A stretch of 63,290 nucleotides of DNA, counting the filler, from Pirum gemmata (lineage: Eukaryota): the NCBI GenBank assembly GCA_002812295.1. It is 12 parts of 12 records of this genome, joined end to end, with 100 filler letters (N's around TTAATTAATTAA, not from the genome) between each part and the next. Parts side by side here need not be neighbours in the genome. Positions count along the whole stretch, not along the records: positions 1 to 5,154 come from PDIN01000644.1; positions 5,255 to 10,454 come from PDIN01000645.1; positions 10,555 to 15,734 come from PDIN01000646.1; 9 more parts are not named here. One strand, 5' to 3'. The notes below the pieces were generated by a model. It searched no databases. It was not told the origin of the DNA and saw nothing but the letters and a program-made list of their open reading frames with translations. Below, in pieces: positions 1 through 13,336 of this stretch. Positions within the stretch are counted from its first letter, which is position 1. Each line of letters starts with the position of its first letter. Both the position numbers and the translations under genes were made by a program.

Positions 1-349
1 TATTATTATTATTATTATTATGGTTACTAATCCATCTACTTGTGCCATGTATATGAGTGCAAAAACAATAGCAAAGACTTCAAATAACACAACATTCCCA
101 GACCTGATGCTAAAACACAAGAATCCCAGCAGAGAAGAGAACTCTGGTAACTCATAAAATTTATCTATTTGCTGTGGAGAAATTAATGTTGGCAACGATT
201 CAAAGATCATGAAATCATCAAATGAATATAGATTACTTAGAGAATTAAGTAGACGAAGACTTACATACCCAAGTAAAATAATAATGGGTTTTGTAGGTGT
301 TTTGTGTTACTTTTTTCAGACTTTGGTTGAATATTCTGGCGACAACAAC

Positions 350-380
<31 letters not shown>

Positions 381-678
381 TCAATAATAATGTATGGGCA
401 TCGGTCATTAATTTTGCTGATTTACAATCATGGTTATACAACAAGTTTTGTTGAGTTGACAAAACTAATTTCGAAAGATATAATAGTATACCGTATTTTT
501 CATGTGAAGTAAAATTTTACAAGGGATAATATTAATGACAAAAACATTATAGCAATTAATTGTAAGCAATATTGCCGTGCTTCCCATATTCACGATTTCG
601 AAACTATTTTTAATTAAGTCATGTTATAACGTAGTGTCAGGTTACTTCACTAAAACCATACAAAGAAAAAGGAACAAA

Positions 679-980
679 ATGACTATATCTTTGAAAGAAG
701 TGAAAAATGTAAAGAAAAAGGGCAAGGTCACTACGAATAATACTAGTGTGAATAATATTGAAACTCCGGGCACTGTTAAGTATATTAGGCGGGAGTTACA
801 GCTTTTGGTAGTAAAACATTCTTGTAGAAGTAAAGATGAGCTTAAAGAGTTGTTAGAAAAGGCCACGAGTTTAATTTTAAAGGAACAAAGAATGCTATGA
901 GTTTACAAGCTTCTGTATCGAAATTGAAACAACACTTGTCAGACTTACAAATTCCAGAAAATCGTATTCGTATCATAATA
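679..980 (+). pseudogene. Possible degraded or frameshifted coding fragment (MTISLKEVK...EQRML / MSLQASVSKLKQHLSDLQIPENRIR)
   Basis: Two overlapping protein-like short ORFs in different frames; no recognisable domain. Confidence 0.2.
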
Positions 981-1421
981 ATAATAATAATGATAATAAT
1001 AATAATATTAATAATATTAATAATATTAATTAATATTAATATTCATAATATAATAATAATAATAGTAATAAAAATAATAATAAGAATATTGATATTGGGA
1101 CTAATTTTATAATAATAATTAATAGTAACAATAATAGTAACAATAACAATAAAAATAGTAATAACAATAACACTGTACAATAACAATAACAATGATAATG
1201 ATAATAATATTATAATTATAGTAATAATTAAAATAATAGTAATAATAATAGTAATAATAATAGTAATAATAATAGTAATATATTATTAATTAATCAATAA
1301 TAGCTATATATAGTAATGATAATAGAAATAGTAATAGTGAATATTAGTGATGGTGATCGATAATAGTAATAATAATAAAAATATGTTGGGACCCAACAAC
1401 AACAGCAACAGCAACAACAAC

Positions 1422-1481
<60 letters not shown>

Positions 1482-1741
1482 GTTAACAATAGTGTTAGTG
1501 AGGGTAATCAAAGCGAGTTAATAAACGAAATTAATAATAACAATGATAATCTTTTTTTTAAAAAATAATAATTTTACTTACATAGTTTTATCCAAATCAA
1601 GCCGAACACAAACTCGAAAATTGGGCCTATCATAGTTAGCTATCATTAAAATTTTTCACTCTCTTACCTAGCTATTCCGCCTATTCGTAGTAGCTAGAGC
1701 TAGCTAGTAGCTAGACTTAGACCATGAGGTTTAGGTTAGGG

Positions 1742-1862
1742 TTAGGGGAGCGTTCAAATAATACGTCACGTCAAGGGGTAGGTATGTAGGTGGTATTTGA
1801 CCGGAAATTAACGTCGAGGGGTAGGTAGACAGAGGGTATTCGAAGCTGTATTTGACTGGAAA
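1742..1862 (+). mobile_element. PIF/Harbinger-like MITE end (family D); related pieces at ~4275-4610, 39974-40090 (minus) and ~62880-62935
   Basis: TWA followed by GGG(G)AGCGTTCAA(A/T)..TACGT at 1742 and 4275; the internal AAGCTGTATTTGAC..GAAA segment recurs reverse-complemented at ~39975 and ~62910. Confidence 0.55.
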
Positions 1863-2049
1863 GCTAGCTAGTAGCTATTAGCTAGAGGGTTTGGGTTAGT
1901 TAGGGTTAGCATTAGAGTTCGGGTTTGGGTTAGGGTTCGAGTTTGGATTTGGGTGTTAGGGTTAGGGCTAGGTTACTATTTTTTTTTTCATTTTTTTTTT
2001 CAATAAAATTAGACTATCATAGCATAGATAGACTATATATAATTTTTAT

Positions 2050-2826
2050 ATAAATCCATGGTATATTTTATTATAAACTTATTTATTTTTTTAAAAGTAT
2101 CAAAATTTAATAATTATAAACAACCAAATGAATATTCGGAGTGACAAAGTAAATGAAAAGCACGATAGACTACTGCGTGTCAATCATTTTTTAAGTGGCT
2201 TGTTCGAAGGGTTCTTTTCAATCGTACATTATAATTATTACATAGTGCTTTTCATTTATTTTGTCACTCTGAATATTTATTTGGAGGGTTATAATATTTA
2301 AATTGACATCTTTAAATCAATATAATATAGATAATAAAATATACTAAAAAAAATTAAATGGATTTATATTATATTAATTTGGTACTATTTATTGTATATT
2401 TTATGGTGACAAAATCGATTCGAAACAACTTAGCTATAGACTAGCTAGCTGCACTGGGCTGCTATCGATAGTCAAGCTAGACTGAGCTAGCTAGACCTAG
2501 CTAGACCTAGCTCGAGTAGCTTGAGTAGGGTCGACCTAGCTAGCTAGCACTTGCCACTCTATCTCTAGCTAACTAGTAGCTATCTCTAGCTAGCTATCGC
2601 TAGCTATCGCTAGCTAGTAGTAGACTAGTTGCTATAGACTGGTCTAGCTAGTAGTGCTTTTGTTTTGTCATCATAAAAAATACAATAAACAGTATCAAAT
2701 TAATACAATATAAATTTATTTAACTTAATTTGGTATATTTTATTATTTATATATTGATTTAAAAATGTCAACTTAAATATTATAACCCTCCAAATAAATA
2801 TTCAGAGTGACAAAATAAATGAAAGA
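2050..2826. mobile_element. Three partial or degraded copies of MITE family A (~2050-2168, ~2241-2420, ~2651-2826)
   Basis: Share the GTGCTTTTCA.TT.TTTTGTCA termini and internal CCAAATAAATATTCAGAGTGAC of the full copies. Confidence 0.8.
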
Positions 2827-5058
2827 GTTAATTTAGTTAGATTCTAGCTAGTTAGCTTACTCTACTTGTTAGCCATCGTATAGTGACAGCCTATTGTAGC
2901 TATGATATGATAGCATCGAAGCTACTAGTCTACTACTACTAGCTAGCTAGCTAGCTAGCTAGGGGTTTTTTTTACTTCTTTTGCTTCTGATGATGAGAAA
3001 AAGTTTCTATATAAGCAAGATCGATATTTTCGATATGATTTATTATTATAATAATTATAGCTATTTATTATTATCAACGTAGACTCGATATATTATAATA
3101 ATTATGATAATATTATGATGTATCATGTATCTGATATTTATTATAAATTTTATAAAGTCCTTGTTTTATGTTATAAATTATCTCTGGAAAAAACTTCTTT
3201 TTCCTGGGGTCTTTAATTAATTTTTTAAAAAAATTATGATATTATGATATTATAAATAACCCACAAGGCGGCAAGCACGAACCAACATCTGCTGGATCAG
3301 ATCAGCTGCTAACCAGTATGATAGATTATTGCGGTTATTGCAGGAATGGTGACTGAGGAAATGGCAGACATCGATATATATTAGAGATCGCTATATAGTA
3401 TTAAATTTAACTATCGTAGTAGAGTCTATAGACCCTAGCTAGCTAGCTAGTATGTCGATATCTGGTTATCAATATCATATATATTATAATTATGTATCAA
3501 TATATCATATTTATTATATTATGTACATTGTATACATAATATTAAATGATGTACAAATAAGTATAATATATACCAGATATATACAGGGCTAATCAAGGAC
3601 TTCAACAAAAGGGTTGAACCGTATACCCCTCTAACTATCATATCATAGATAGCTAAGTAGTATCATAGTCCCCTCTGCTACTTCTCTAGCTAGCTAGCTA
3701 GCTACTAGCTAGTAGTAGTATCGATAGCTCTAGTATCAACTGTATCATAGTTGCTAGCTAGTAGTAGTGGTTAATTAGGTCTAATAGCTAAGCTCTGCTG
3801 GACCAGTGCTGGTCTCTCTGCTGGTAGAGTAGTGGGTATTAGCGGGCCTAGCTAGCTAGCTAGCTAGAGTAGCAACCCGCTCTAGCTACTAGCTGCAGTC
3901 TCCCTAGCTAGCTAGCTAGTATCTAGCTGGTCTTCAGCTGGTCTTAGAAAACTTGGTCTTCAGCTAGCTAGCTACTAGCTTATGAGTCATATCACTAGTC
4001 GTATCATGACTATGACCACAGTTGATTTTCGGTTTGTTTTCGTTTTTTCAACTTTTTGTCGTGGGTCTCTTGCGTTCACTTCTTTTTGCTCATTCTAAAG
4101 GTCTACCTCATTCTACTTGTATGATAGCTTACTAGTCTTAGTCCTAGCTAGTAGTAGTTCAATGCTCAGATGCTGAGACTGTTGGGTTCATTTTGAGGAT
4201 TTTTAGGATTTGAAAGAAATTATTATTATTGGGCACAGAGTAGGCTAACAGTAGGTAGTAGAAGTGTAGTAGACTAAGGGAGCGTTCAATAATTACGTAA
4301 GGCGAATTTGGGGCCAAAACCTACCTACTACCCCTAATGTAACGCCCAGTCACTTATGAGAAGGTCTACCCGCCCCTTATGACGTAGCAATTTGGAAAAA
4401 ATAGTACCCTAAATTATTAATAATACTCAAAAAAGCTCAAAAAAACGGAAAAAACAAAGTAAAAGAACAGTTTTCAATCATATACGTAAGTTATTTTAGC
4501 TTTATTTATTTATTATTTTTTTTTTTTTTTGCGTTACGTCATATTACGAATATCTACCTACCTACTATAAATAACTGGCTACTATAATTAAATGCGTCAC
4601 GATGAGTCACGAAAATCCCCCCCCCTACCACCACCACTCTACCACCATGAGAACTCAACTGAGAACTCCCACAGTCCCCAGCACAGTCCCCTAAGCCCAC
4701 AGTACATTATAGACTGTTTTGGGTTTTTCTTTATAATATCATAGAAAGAAAGAGAGAAGTTTGAGTGTTGAAGTGTTCCCATTCTAAAGTAGCTACAATA
4801 AACTGGTTCATATCAGATCTATAACAATTATTTCACTACTATAAAAGAGTAGAGTCAATCTTCTTATTTATAAATCATATTTATGATATGATATAAATAC
4901 GTGTTTACAAGAACCCCAGGAATAGCTGGGGTACTGTTGGTGTTCTTCTGGTTCTTCTATAATTATATTGATATTAATATTTATTTATTTATTATTTTAA
5001 TTAAAAAAGGGGGTTCTTGGTATTTATTATAAATAAACTATCATTTTAATATACCCTG

Positions 5059-5094
<36 letters not shown>

Positions 5095-5097
5095 CTG

Positions 5098-5154
<57 letters not shown>

Positions 5155-5254
5155 NNNNNNNNNNNNNNNNNNNNNNNNNNNNNNNNNNNNNNNNNNNNTT
5201 AATTAATTAANNNNNNNNNNNNNNNNNNNNNNNNNNNNNNNNNNNNNNNNNNNN
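5155..5254. other. Artificial contig linker N44-TTAATTAATTAA-N44; identical copies at 10455-10554, 15735-15834, 21013-21112, 26262-26361, 31543-31642, 36807-36906, 42100-42199, 47393-47492, 52791-52890, 58059-58158
   Basis: Identical 100-bp structure with stops in all six frames, repeated about every 5.3 kb. Confidence 0.97.
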
Positions 5255-5258
5255 TATT

Positions 5259-5289
<31 letters not shown>

Positions 5290-5739
5290 ATGAAATACAA
5301 CAAGGGAATAATATAACTATATATATCATAATAATATATATAAACAAAAAACAAAAAACAAAAAAAACAAAAAGCAAAACACAAAAAACAAAAAACAAAA
5401 AACAAAAAAGAAAAAAGCAAAAAACAAAAAAACAAAAAAACAAAAAAACAAAAAAACAAAAAAACAAAAAACTTGTGATGATCCAGTAATTCCCCAAAAG
5501 ATTCCACAAACTCAAAATTACATATAATTTGCCTAAAAAATAAAAAAACAAATAAACAAAAAACAAAGAATAAATAATCAAGAATAAAAAAATATTATTA
5601 TTAAAAAAATAATATTATATATAATATTAAATATTGCGATAATATTATATTATAATATCATAAAATTACTTATAATTAGCCTTAAAGATTTAACATCAAA
5701 TTTAAAATTACACGAAATACAAACCCAAATTAATTAAAA

Positions 5740-7609
5740 ATGATTAATCCAACTATTTATTTAACGCTTTTTCTACTTATTTGCAAACAATATGTCCTTG
5801 GCGTTCCTATTGAAAATCTCATACTAAATAAATACAGAAGAACTAAAGACTACTCAAATTTTACTATAAATGGCACTTTGTTGAATAAAACATTGTATGA
5901 TCACGATACAATAACAAATGTTATTAATGCAGGTTTGAACGGAAGTTTTGAAGAAGATATTATTAACTCTGGTTTGGACCCTTTGTCAATCGGGCAAACT
6001 GAAAAGGCAACAGAAAAACTCAAATTAGGTATATAATTATTATGCGTCTTTTCAAATTAATATTAAAAATAATAATAACAATAATAATAATAATAATAAT
6101 AATAATTATAATAATAAAATAAAAAAATAAAAAAATAAAAAAATAAAAAAATAAAAAAATAATCAGAATAAAATAATAATAAAAAATAAATTAAATAAAA
6201 TCTTAATTTCTAAAAATGGAAATGATCATTGTCATTCTTTTATCACTAAACTTTTACTTTTTGAGGAGGTTCCTAAAAGTTTAAAAACCAACACCTTCTT
6301 TTGTAGCAATGAAAGTGTTATAAGTAATACGATTTATTTATTTATTATTATTTGTATTAAAATTTTATTGACTAGGGGTTTGCACAGCAAAAGCTGAAGC
6401 CAAAGTTGAAATTTCTGATTTAACAGGCTTGTCTAGTTTAAAATTAACTGACGTTTATGCTTATGACATTGTCGTTAATAACGAATCATCTACCGGATCG
6501 TCATACCTTGGTTTTGGGTATGAGGTAGATAACTTAAAATGCTCAGGTAAATACCTTAGTACATTACTATTTATTAAGGCCTTTAATATTATCAAAACCA
6601 TGATGTTATAATGCACATTTATAAATTATCGTTTTCAGGTTAATATTTGGTAAATATCAATCGAAATTTTATATATATTAGTGCTATCCATGAATATTGA
6701 TTTAGGTTTAGGATTAGTAGTGGGATTTGTGTTAGCGTTACAATAATTTTGGTCATTTTTTTAATGTTTTTTCACATTGTAATTGGCACGTGCACTGTTG
6801 TTACTGGGGAATAGTGTTTTTGATGTTATTTACGAGAACCATTCCTTATAAACGAAAGTAATAAAATTTCTACCCTTTTCTAAATATTGGTTAGGTAAGG
6901 TAAAGGCCTCGGCTGGCTGTGGTTTAATTAGTATTAGTGATTCTGTAGGCTTGGATGTAAAGGTTAGTTCCTTTTCAATTCTTTTGGACGTGGCAGTAGT
7001 CATCACCACTGACGAGGAAAATATGTATATTGATTTTAACAAGGTAGGGTACTCTATTGAAAATTTTAATTTATCAAAAACACATTAATTAAATGTATGT
7101 AATATATGAAAGCTAAATTGAACAAATTTAAAGTTAATTACAATGTAAAAACTTATATTAAACCTTAACCCTAACCCTTACCCTAACACTCCCTAACTAT
7201 TTTAACAAATAAAATAAAGCATAATATAATATAACTATAATATTTTCTTTTAATTGCTTCTTCGTTTATTCATTCATTCATTATTCATTCTTCATTCATT
7301 CATTATTTTTTATTATTATTCTATTAATTTCTTTTTCTTTTTCTGATATAATATTATAATATTATATATATTAAGATATTAGATAGCTGGTCTATGGATA
7401 TGGGCATTTGGGGTATTGAAGTCGGGTTTACTGGTTCCCTTCAATACGGGTTAGATATTTTACTTAGCCCAGTAACTAATTTAATTTTGGATGTTCTATC
7501 GAATTTTATCACGCTTGCCGTGCAATCTCCAATATTAAAATTATTACAGAAAGAAACATTAAGAGTGTTTCCTATAACAATTCCTTTAAGTAATGTAACT
7601 ACAGATTGA
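5740..7609 (+). CDS. Secreted TULIP-superfamily-like (Takeout/JHBP/BPI-type) lipid-binding protein, ~280 aa; join(5740..6028,6376..6546,6895..7043,7376..7609)
   Basis: Four exons with GT-AG borders and matching phases (1,1,0) give one open frame; N-terminal signal peptide; GLDPL and DLTGLSSL motifs, beta-rich core, long C-terminal helix. Fold assignment is inference. Confidence 0.75.
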
Positions 7610-8022
7610 ATTTTGTACGTAAGTTTATTTTTATAAATTTGTATTATAATAAAAAACTAATTTCTTCCATTCTCTATATGTATTATAAAATTTCCCTAAC
7701 CCTAACCCTAACTCTAACTCTACTCTTTTAATCTGAAAAGTAATGTCATCACATATAAGTAAATTTAAACGTTGATTTATAATGAAAACAAGATTGACAA
7801 TAATAAGAATAATAAAAATAATACCATAATATTAATACCAATAAATGATTGCAATATTATATAAACATGATAACAATAATACAATATAATAAAAAACAAT
7901 AAAAACAAGAATAGAAAGAATAAAAATAAGTATATATAATATTATATAAAGAAACAAAATTTAATAATAATAATAATAATAAACGATGATCATAATGGAT
8001 AACCATATGATAGAATAAGGTT

Positions 8023-8167
8023 TATCGTGTTTTTCAATAGTGATGTCCAATTCAAAAACTGAAATAAACTTTGTACTTAATGTTCTATTTTATAAATATG
8101 TTCAATTATACACTTAAACAGTACTAAATTAAAGATTGAGAGGAAAACTATAATGAAATAGACGATA
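8023..8167 (+). mobile_element. MITE family B copy; others at 36066-36247, 41001-41189, ~44166-44345 (minus), 57817-57924, ~58405-58575 (minus)
   Basis: TA-TCGTGTTTTTCA...TAGACGA-TA ends with conserved internal TTCAATTATACACTTAAA..GTAC.AAATTAAAGATTGAG on five different contigs. Confidence 0.85.
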
Positions 8168-8419
8168 AGATAACAATAAATATATTAATATCATTAAGGA
8201 TAGGGTTTTAATTAAGGGATTAAGCTAGCTAGCTAGCATTATAATTATCTATAGCTATATATTATAAATAAAAACAATAATAATACTAACAATAATAATA
8301 ATAATAAGCACAGATTTGTTTTTACAAACTTTAATCAAATAATTGTTTTTAATTAATACAATTATATTATATGTAATACATAATTATATATATTATATAT
8401 AAAACTGAAAAATAATCAA

Positions 8420-8818
8420 TAACCAAACCAACAGCCGACAAGAACAAAAAACAAGATATTATAACAAACTTATATAAAATAAAAACAGAAGAATAAAAGG
8501 CAAAACAAATAGCACCAAAACAAAACACTTACTTACTTTTTAAAAAATCAGAAACCAATTGATACCATTTCCTAAAGCAACCATCAACACATTCTAACCA
8601 GACAACACAACACTAAATCCACACCTCAATCCCAGACCAGCCCCACTACTTAACTACCCTCCTGCCTACTTATAGCAACCACACAGCACAAATAAAACAA
8701 GTCTATGGAAACAGGACAAAATCAACACACCCCAACAACCCCAACCCTACCCACCACAGCATCACGAGACATGAACAAATTTAATTATAGTAATATATAA
8801 ATAAATAAATAAATAAAT
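8420..8818 (+). mobile_element. Possible 3' remnant of a non-LTR retrotransposon
   Basis: Strongly A/C-skewed decayed ORF-like tract ending in a (TAAA)n tail; no RT motif visible. Confidence 0.3.
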
Positions 8819-9493
8819 TAGAGAAATTTTATTTATAAAACATAATGTACATATATATATTTTAAAAAATAGTTTTATTTTTTATTTGTACTTATTATTT
8901 ACGTTTTAACCAATAAGAAATTCAATATAATTATAACAGTTTTATAACAATAATGGTGACATCAAGTTCAAGTTTAATGGTGTATTAAGATCAAAAACAT
9001 ACTTATTTGGTTATACATTATTATGTAATACATAATAATATAATGTATATTATACTTCATTATTAAGATGTATAATATCTGATAAACTCTGATAATATAT
9101 AATATTTATAATATATAATATCATTCAAATTTTGAATTCGAATTTTAATTAATTATTTAGGGGAATTATAATGTTGTTTTTTCTGTTAATTAAACCGTGA
9201 TGAAAATTAATTTTGTCTTCATATAATATTTTTATTTTTTATTTATATTAATTTTCTACGTTATACAAAAAGAGTCAATGAGGAATTTAAAATATAATAA
9301 TTATAACAATAATTCATTCAAATTTTGAATTCGAACTTTAATTAATTATTTAGGGGAATTATAATGTTGTTTTTTCTGTCAATTAAACCGTGATGAAAAT
9401 TAATTTTGCCTTCATATAATATTTTTATTTTTTCTTTATATTAATTTTTTACGTTATACAAAAAGAGTCAATGAGGAATTTAAAATATAATAA

Positions 9494-10072
9494 TTATAAC
9501 AATAATGGTGACATCAAGTTCAAGTTTAATGGTGTATTAAGATCAAAAACATTATTAACACCAGCACTAGTGTTATCATTGACTTCAAAATTCAAATTAA
9601 GTAAAGGAGACACAGGTGGTAAGACTGGTGAGTGCATATTGAAGTTGTTTACTTCAAAGTTCAAAGAATCAACCGAAGATGAGCGAAATATAATCGGACT
9701 ATTATTCAACGCGGGGGAATTGCTTGTAAAAGAGTCTAAAGAATGTGCTCTGGAATTGTTTGTAAAAGTGTCTAAAGAATGTGCTCTGGTAAGAGGAATA
9801 GAAGCTTGCTGATTATTGTTAACGATAAAATTATGCAGTGTTTGGGTTGGGAAATTATTGGTCATTGTTCCAATCATTGCAGATTGTTGAAAAACTTTAT
9901 TTTTTTTTATTAAGTTATTTTTGCGATTTCTTTCATTTAAGAAATGGATATCTTGAATCGACATGTTGTGTTTTGATTTAACATGTGCATGAAGACCTCT
10001 TCTTAAAGAGTAACTTTTATTACAGCCAGGAAACTCGCAAAAATTATTGCGCGTAGTAGTTGGTTTGCCCAT
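9494..10072 (-). CDS. Single C2H2 zinc-finger protein, 192 aa, putative transcription factor
   Basis: N-terminal FCEFPGCNKSYSLRRGLHAHVKSKH (C-x4-C-x12-H-x4-H); basic patch; repeated RAHSLD motifs. Confidence 0.85.
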   Translation of the reverse strand: MGKPTTTRNNFCEFPGCNKSYSLRRGLHAHVKSKHNMSIQDIHFLNERNRKNNLIKKNKVFQQSAMIGTMTNNFPTQTLHNFIVNNNQQASIPLTRAHSLDTFTNNSRAHSLDSFTSNSPALNNSPIIFRSSSVDSLNFEVNNFNMHSPVLPPVSPLLNLNFEVNDNTSAGVNNVFDLNTPLNLNLMSPLLL

Positions 10073-11585
10073 TTTGTATTCTTTTTATTTTTAGAGCTTT
10101 TTTAGGTTTTTTGTTTTTGTTTTTTTGTTTTTTTTTTTATATATATTTTTGTTTTTATTTTTATCCTTTTTTTTTTTATTTTTGTGTATTTTCAATGCTA
10201 TTTATACTTTTTTTTCAGCATATTTTATTTTTAAAAATTTATTTATTTATTTATTTATTTATTTATTAGTATTATTATTATTGCAAGATCAACTAAGTTT
10301 TCTCCAGTTCAAACCGAACAAACAATTATTTTATTAAAGCAAATCTACGAAGAATTAATTCAATTAGAAAAGCAATATTAGATTTAAAATAATGAGGGCA
10401 TTAGGCTTATATCGACCAGGCATTTTAGGTTAGCTTTATGTTATTATTATTATTNNNNNNNNNNNNNNNNNNNNNNNNNNNNNNNNNNNNNNNNNNNNTT
10501 AATTAATTAANNNNNNNNNNNNNNNNNNNNNNNNNNNNNNNNNNNNNNNNNNNNATGACCCCAACTTGTGCTAAACAAATCCATCCTGCTCGTAAAAAAA
10601 AAAAGTTTAGCTCGTTTGAAAAAAAAAAAAATTCCTCATAATATAGTCCTATTTTCCTAGATACTAATTATAATAAACATCATTATGATGTATTTTAAAA
10701 ACAATATTATGTTTCTTTATGGTTATTGTTATTACTATCACATGTTATTCTTTTTATTAGTATTGAAATATGAAATATGAAAAATCACTATGTCAACAAA
10801 GGATAGTAATATATAGGCCTATAGTAATTACTCTTAGAGTAAGAGTGAAAAGGTTTGATAGCAAAATAGTTCACAATGTATAACAGTAGTAGTAGTAGAG
10901 GTGATGCTGGTGCTGCTTATTTGTAGTTGGTGGTGGTAATGGTGGGTATGAATACTGAATGAATTATTAAAATATCATATGTGTGCATATCCAATAAATT
11001 ATGAAATAATTCCTCAAACCAAAAGTCCAAATTTCTGAGTTTAATTACTGTGTAATTTTTTTAGTACTATTTTTTTCCATTTTTCATATATATCATAATT
11101 ATAATATATATGATCAGAATCCAGAAGAGAAGGAAGAAAAGAATATTTTCATACGCAAGATAATTATTTTGCGTCACAAGTCTTGTTTTCTTTGTATATA
11201 TATTTTTTAATTATCATAAAAAAGGAATCTCTTTTATGACGTAGAAAACTACGTCAACTATTGCTCCTGTAAATCATTCCCTCTCTCCCTAAGGCGTCCG
11301 TTTTATTGGAGTGATGTGCGAAGATTTTTTGCTTATCTCAAACGTTTGGGATTGGACTCTAGAGTGAAGAATCTGAGATGAACCTAAGAAAGGACTATGT
11401 AAGTTTTTGTATTTATGTTATCTTATGTTACTAATAAAATTTAATATAGGTATTTTTGCAATGAGTTCTTTTGAATTCCTTGGTTTTGGCCAAAAAAAAA
11501 AAAAAAATGAAAAAATGAACGAAAACCAACAATTACAGCTATCAATCTGGTCTACTTACGCTTAAAAAATATATATATAATACAA

Positions 11586-11774
11586 TTGTGCTTTTCATTT
11601 ATTTCGTCACTCTGAATATTTATTTGGTTGGTTATAATAATTAAGTTGACATTTTTAAATGAATAAATAGATAATATAAAATATACCTAATTAAATGAAA
11701 TAGATTTATACAGTATTAATTTGGTACTCTTTATTGTATATTTTATGATGACAAAACAACTGAAAAGCACGATA
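11586..11774 (-). mobile_element. MITE family A, full-length (~187 bp); other full or near-full copies at 33794-33982, 40456-40644, 43860-43996, 49765-49964, 54221-54409, 56540-56728, 59247-59439; partial copies at ~40775-40930, ~44560-44720, ~45461-45880, ~59095-59220
   Basis: ~23-bp TIR TCGTGCTTTTCA(G/T)TT(A/G)TTTTGTCA, flanked by TA in the intact copies; non-coding; both orientations. Confidence 0.92.
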
Positions 11775-12485
11775 GACTACTACTAGCTATGATATGATAG
11801 ATGATAGCTACTAGCTAGATAGTTTCTACTATGATAAACTATTATATAAACTATATAGACTGGAGACTCTAGCTAGACTGGAGACTATATATCCGTGCAT
11901 TAGACATGCATCTATAAAAGTATCTATAGCTATCTGGTCTCCATATCGAGTAGGGGTTAGTGACTGTTAGCGCATAGACTAGACCCCCCTAATACCCCTA
12001 CCTATTAAACCCAAACCCTGTATGTCCCCAAATCTACTATCATAGCTAGAAGTTTAGAACTAATATTAAGTAGTAGCTCTCTAGTTTTATCACTATTTGG
12101 AAAACTACTAGCCAGCTAGAAGTTTAGAACTAATATTAGACCCCTCTAGTACTATCATAGAACATTAGTTCTAGAACATTAAAAGCTACTCTGAGCTACT
12201 CTGTGATAGGTATTTGAAGGAGGGGATTTTTTTTTTTTTACTACCCTATTTCAGTCCTATTTCATTGGTTAGTGATATTTTCTTCTCCATTCATATTATT
12301 TATATATAGTGCTTTATTCGTTGCCACTTTGGTGTTTACGGTTTACCTATTCGCATTTGGAAGTAGACTTCAAGGTTGGTCTTAGGTGGCTCCTGAGGGC
12401 TTTCTTATTGCAAAGTCAATTTGCATGGCCCAATTATCGGTCTGTTGAATTTTTGCCAAATTTCTTTTGGTGTTCTTTTTTTGGA

Positions 12486-12525
<40 letters not shown>

Positions 12526-13079
12526 TTTTTTATCTTAGTTACATTACTAGATAGACCCTAAAACTTTTTTCATTATTATTATTATTATTATTATTTTTTA
12601 ATGAATGATAAAACTCGGCAAAACAACTATTTTAAATAACAAATAACAAATAATAAATAATAAATAACAACATCTATATAATATTATATCGTATACTCTA
12701 TATTATAATTATCTATATAATATTATATCGTATACTCTATATTATAATTATCTATATTTATATATTATATCATATATAACCTCATACCAGGTAGACTCTA
12801 TATTATGTATATGTAAAGTTACCATGAGTAAAGACTCTACTTCCGTTAAAAAAATTAATTTTTGAAGCAGCCACATATAAAATATATGCATATATAGTTT
12901 ATATGGTGTTTATATGCAGGTATAGCTATACACGTCTAACAAATATTTATAAGAAAATGTAACTTGGAAAAAAAGCCAATAACAAGAATGAAATAGGCTT
13001 AATCTCCCAAATATAGGTTTTGTACCGCGTTTCCTGTAATAATTGGCACGATGTTTTTTACCTCCTTTCAACCAACACT

Positions 13080-13113
<34 letters not shown>

Positions 13114-13117
13114 TCAT

Positions 13118-13336
13118 ATAAAACTGTAGTCTGTGGAAAATAAGAAATCTTTTTTTTAGACTTCTTTTCTAAAAACCTTTAAAATGCTAAATAGCCAAAT
13201 TATGTTTAAAAGCTGGCCATTGGTCCATAATAGAGTTTTATTAGTTAGATAATTTCTCAAAATTTGGTAGCATTTTGAGATTTTTGGATTTTTGAGCTCA
13301 TATGGGGGGTGTCGTAATTATTTTGCTTGGCTGTTA
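13118..13336 (+). mobile_element. MITE family C copy (~240 bp); others at ~36568-36796, 53466-~53640, 60290-60538
   Basis: Shared internal TTAGACTTCTTTTCTAAAAA...CTAGCCAAATT; TIR CAAGCCGGATAAAA...TTTTATCCGGCTTG; TTAA abuts several ends. Confidence 0.8.

Noticed and set aside
5199..5210. Regularly spaced TTAATTAATTAA motif as a biological signal
   Set aside because: Always centred in exactly 44+44 Ns; it is an assembly linker
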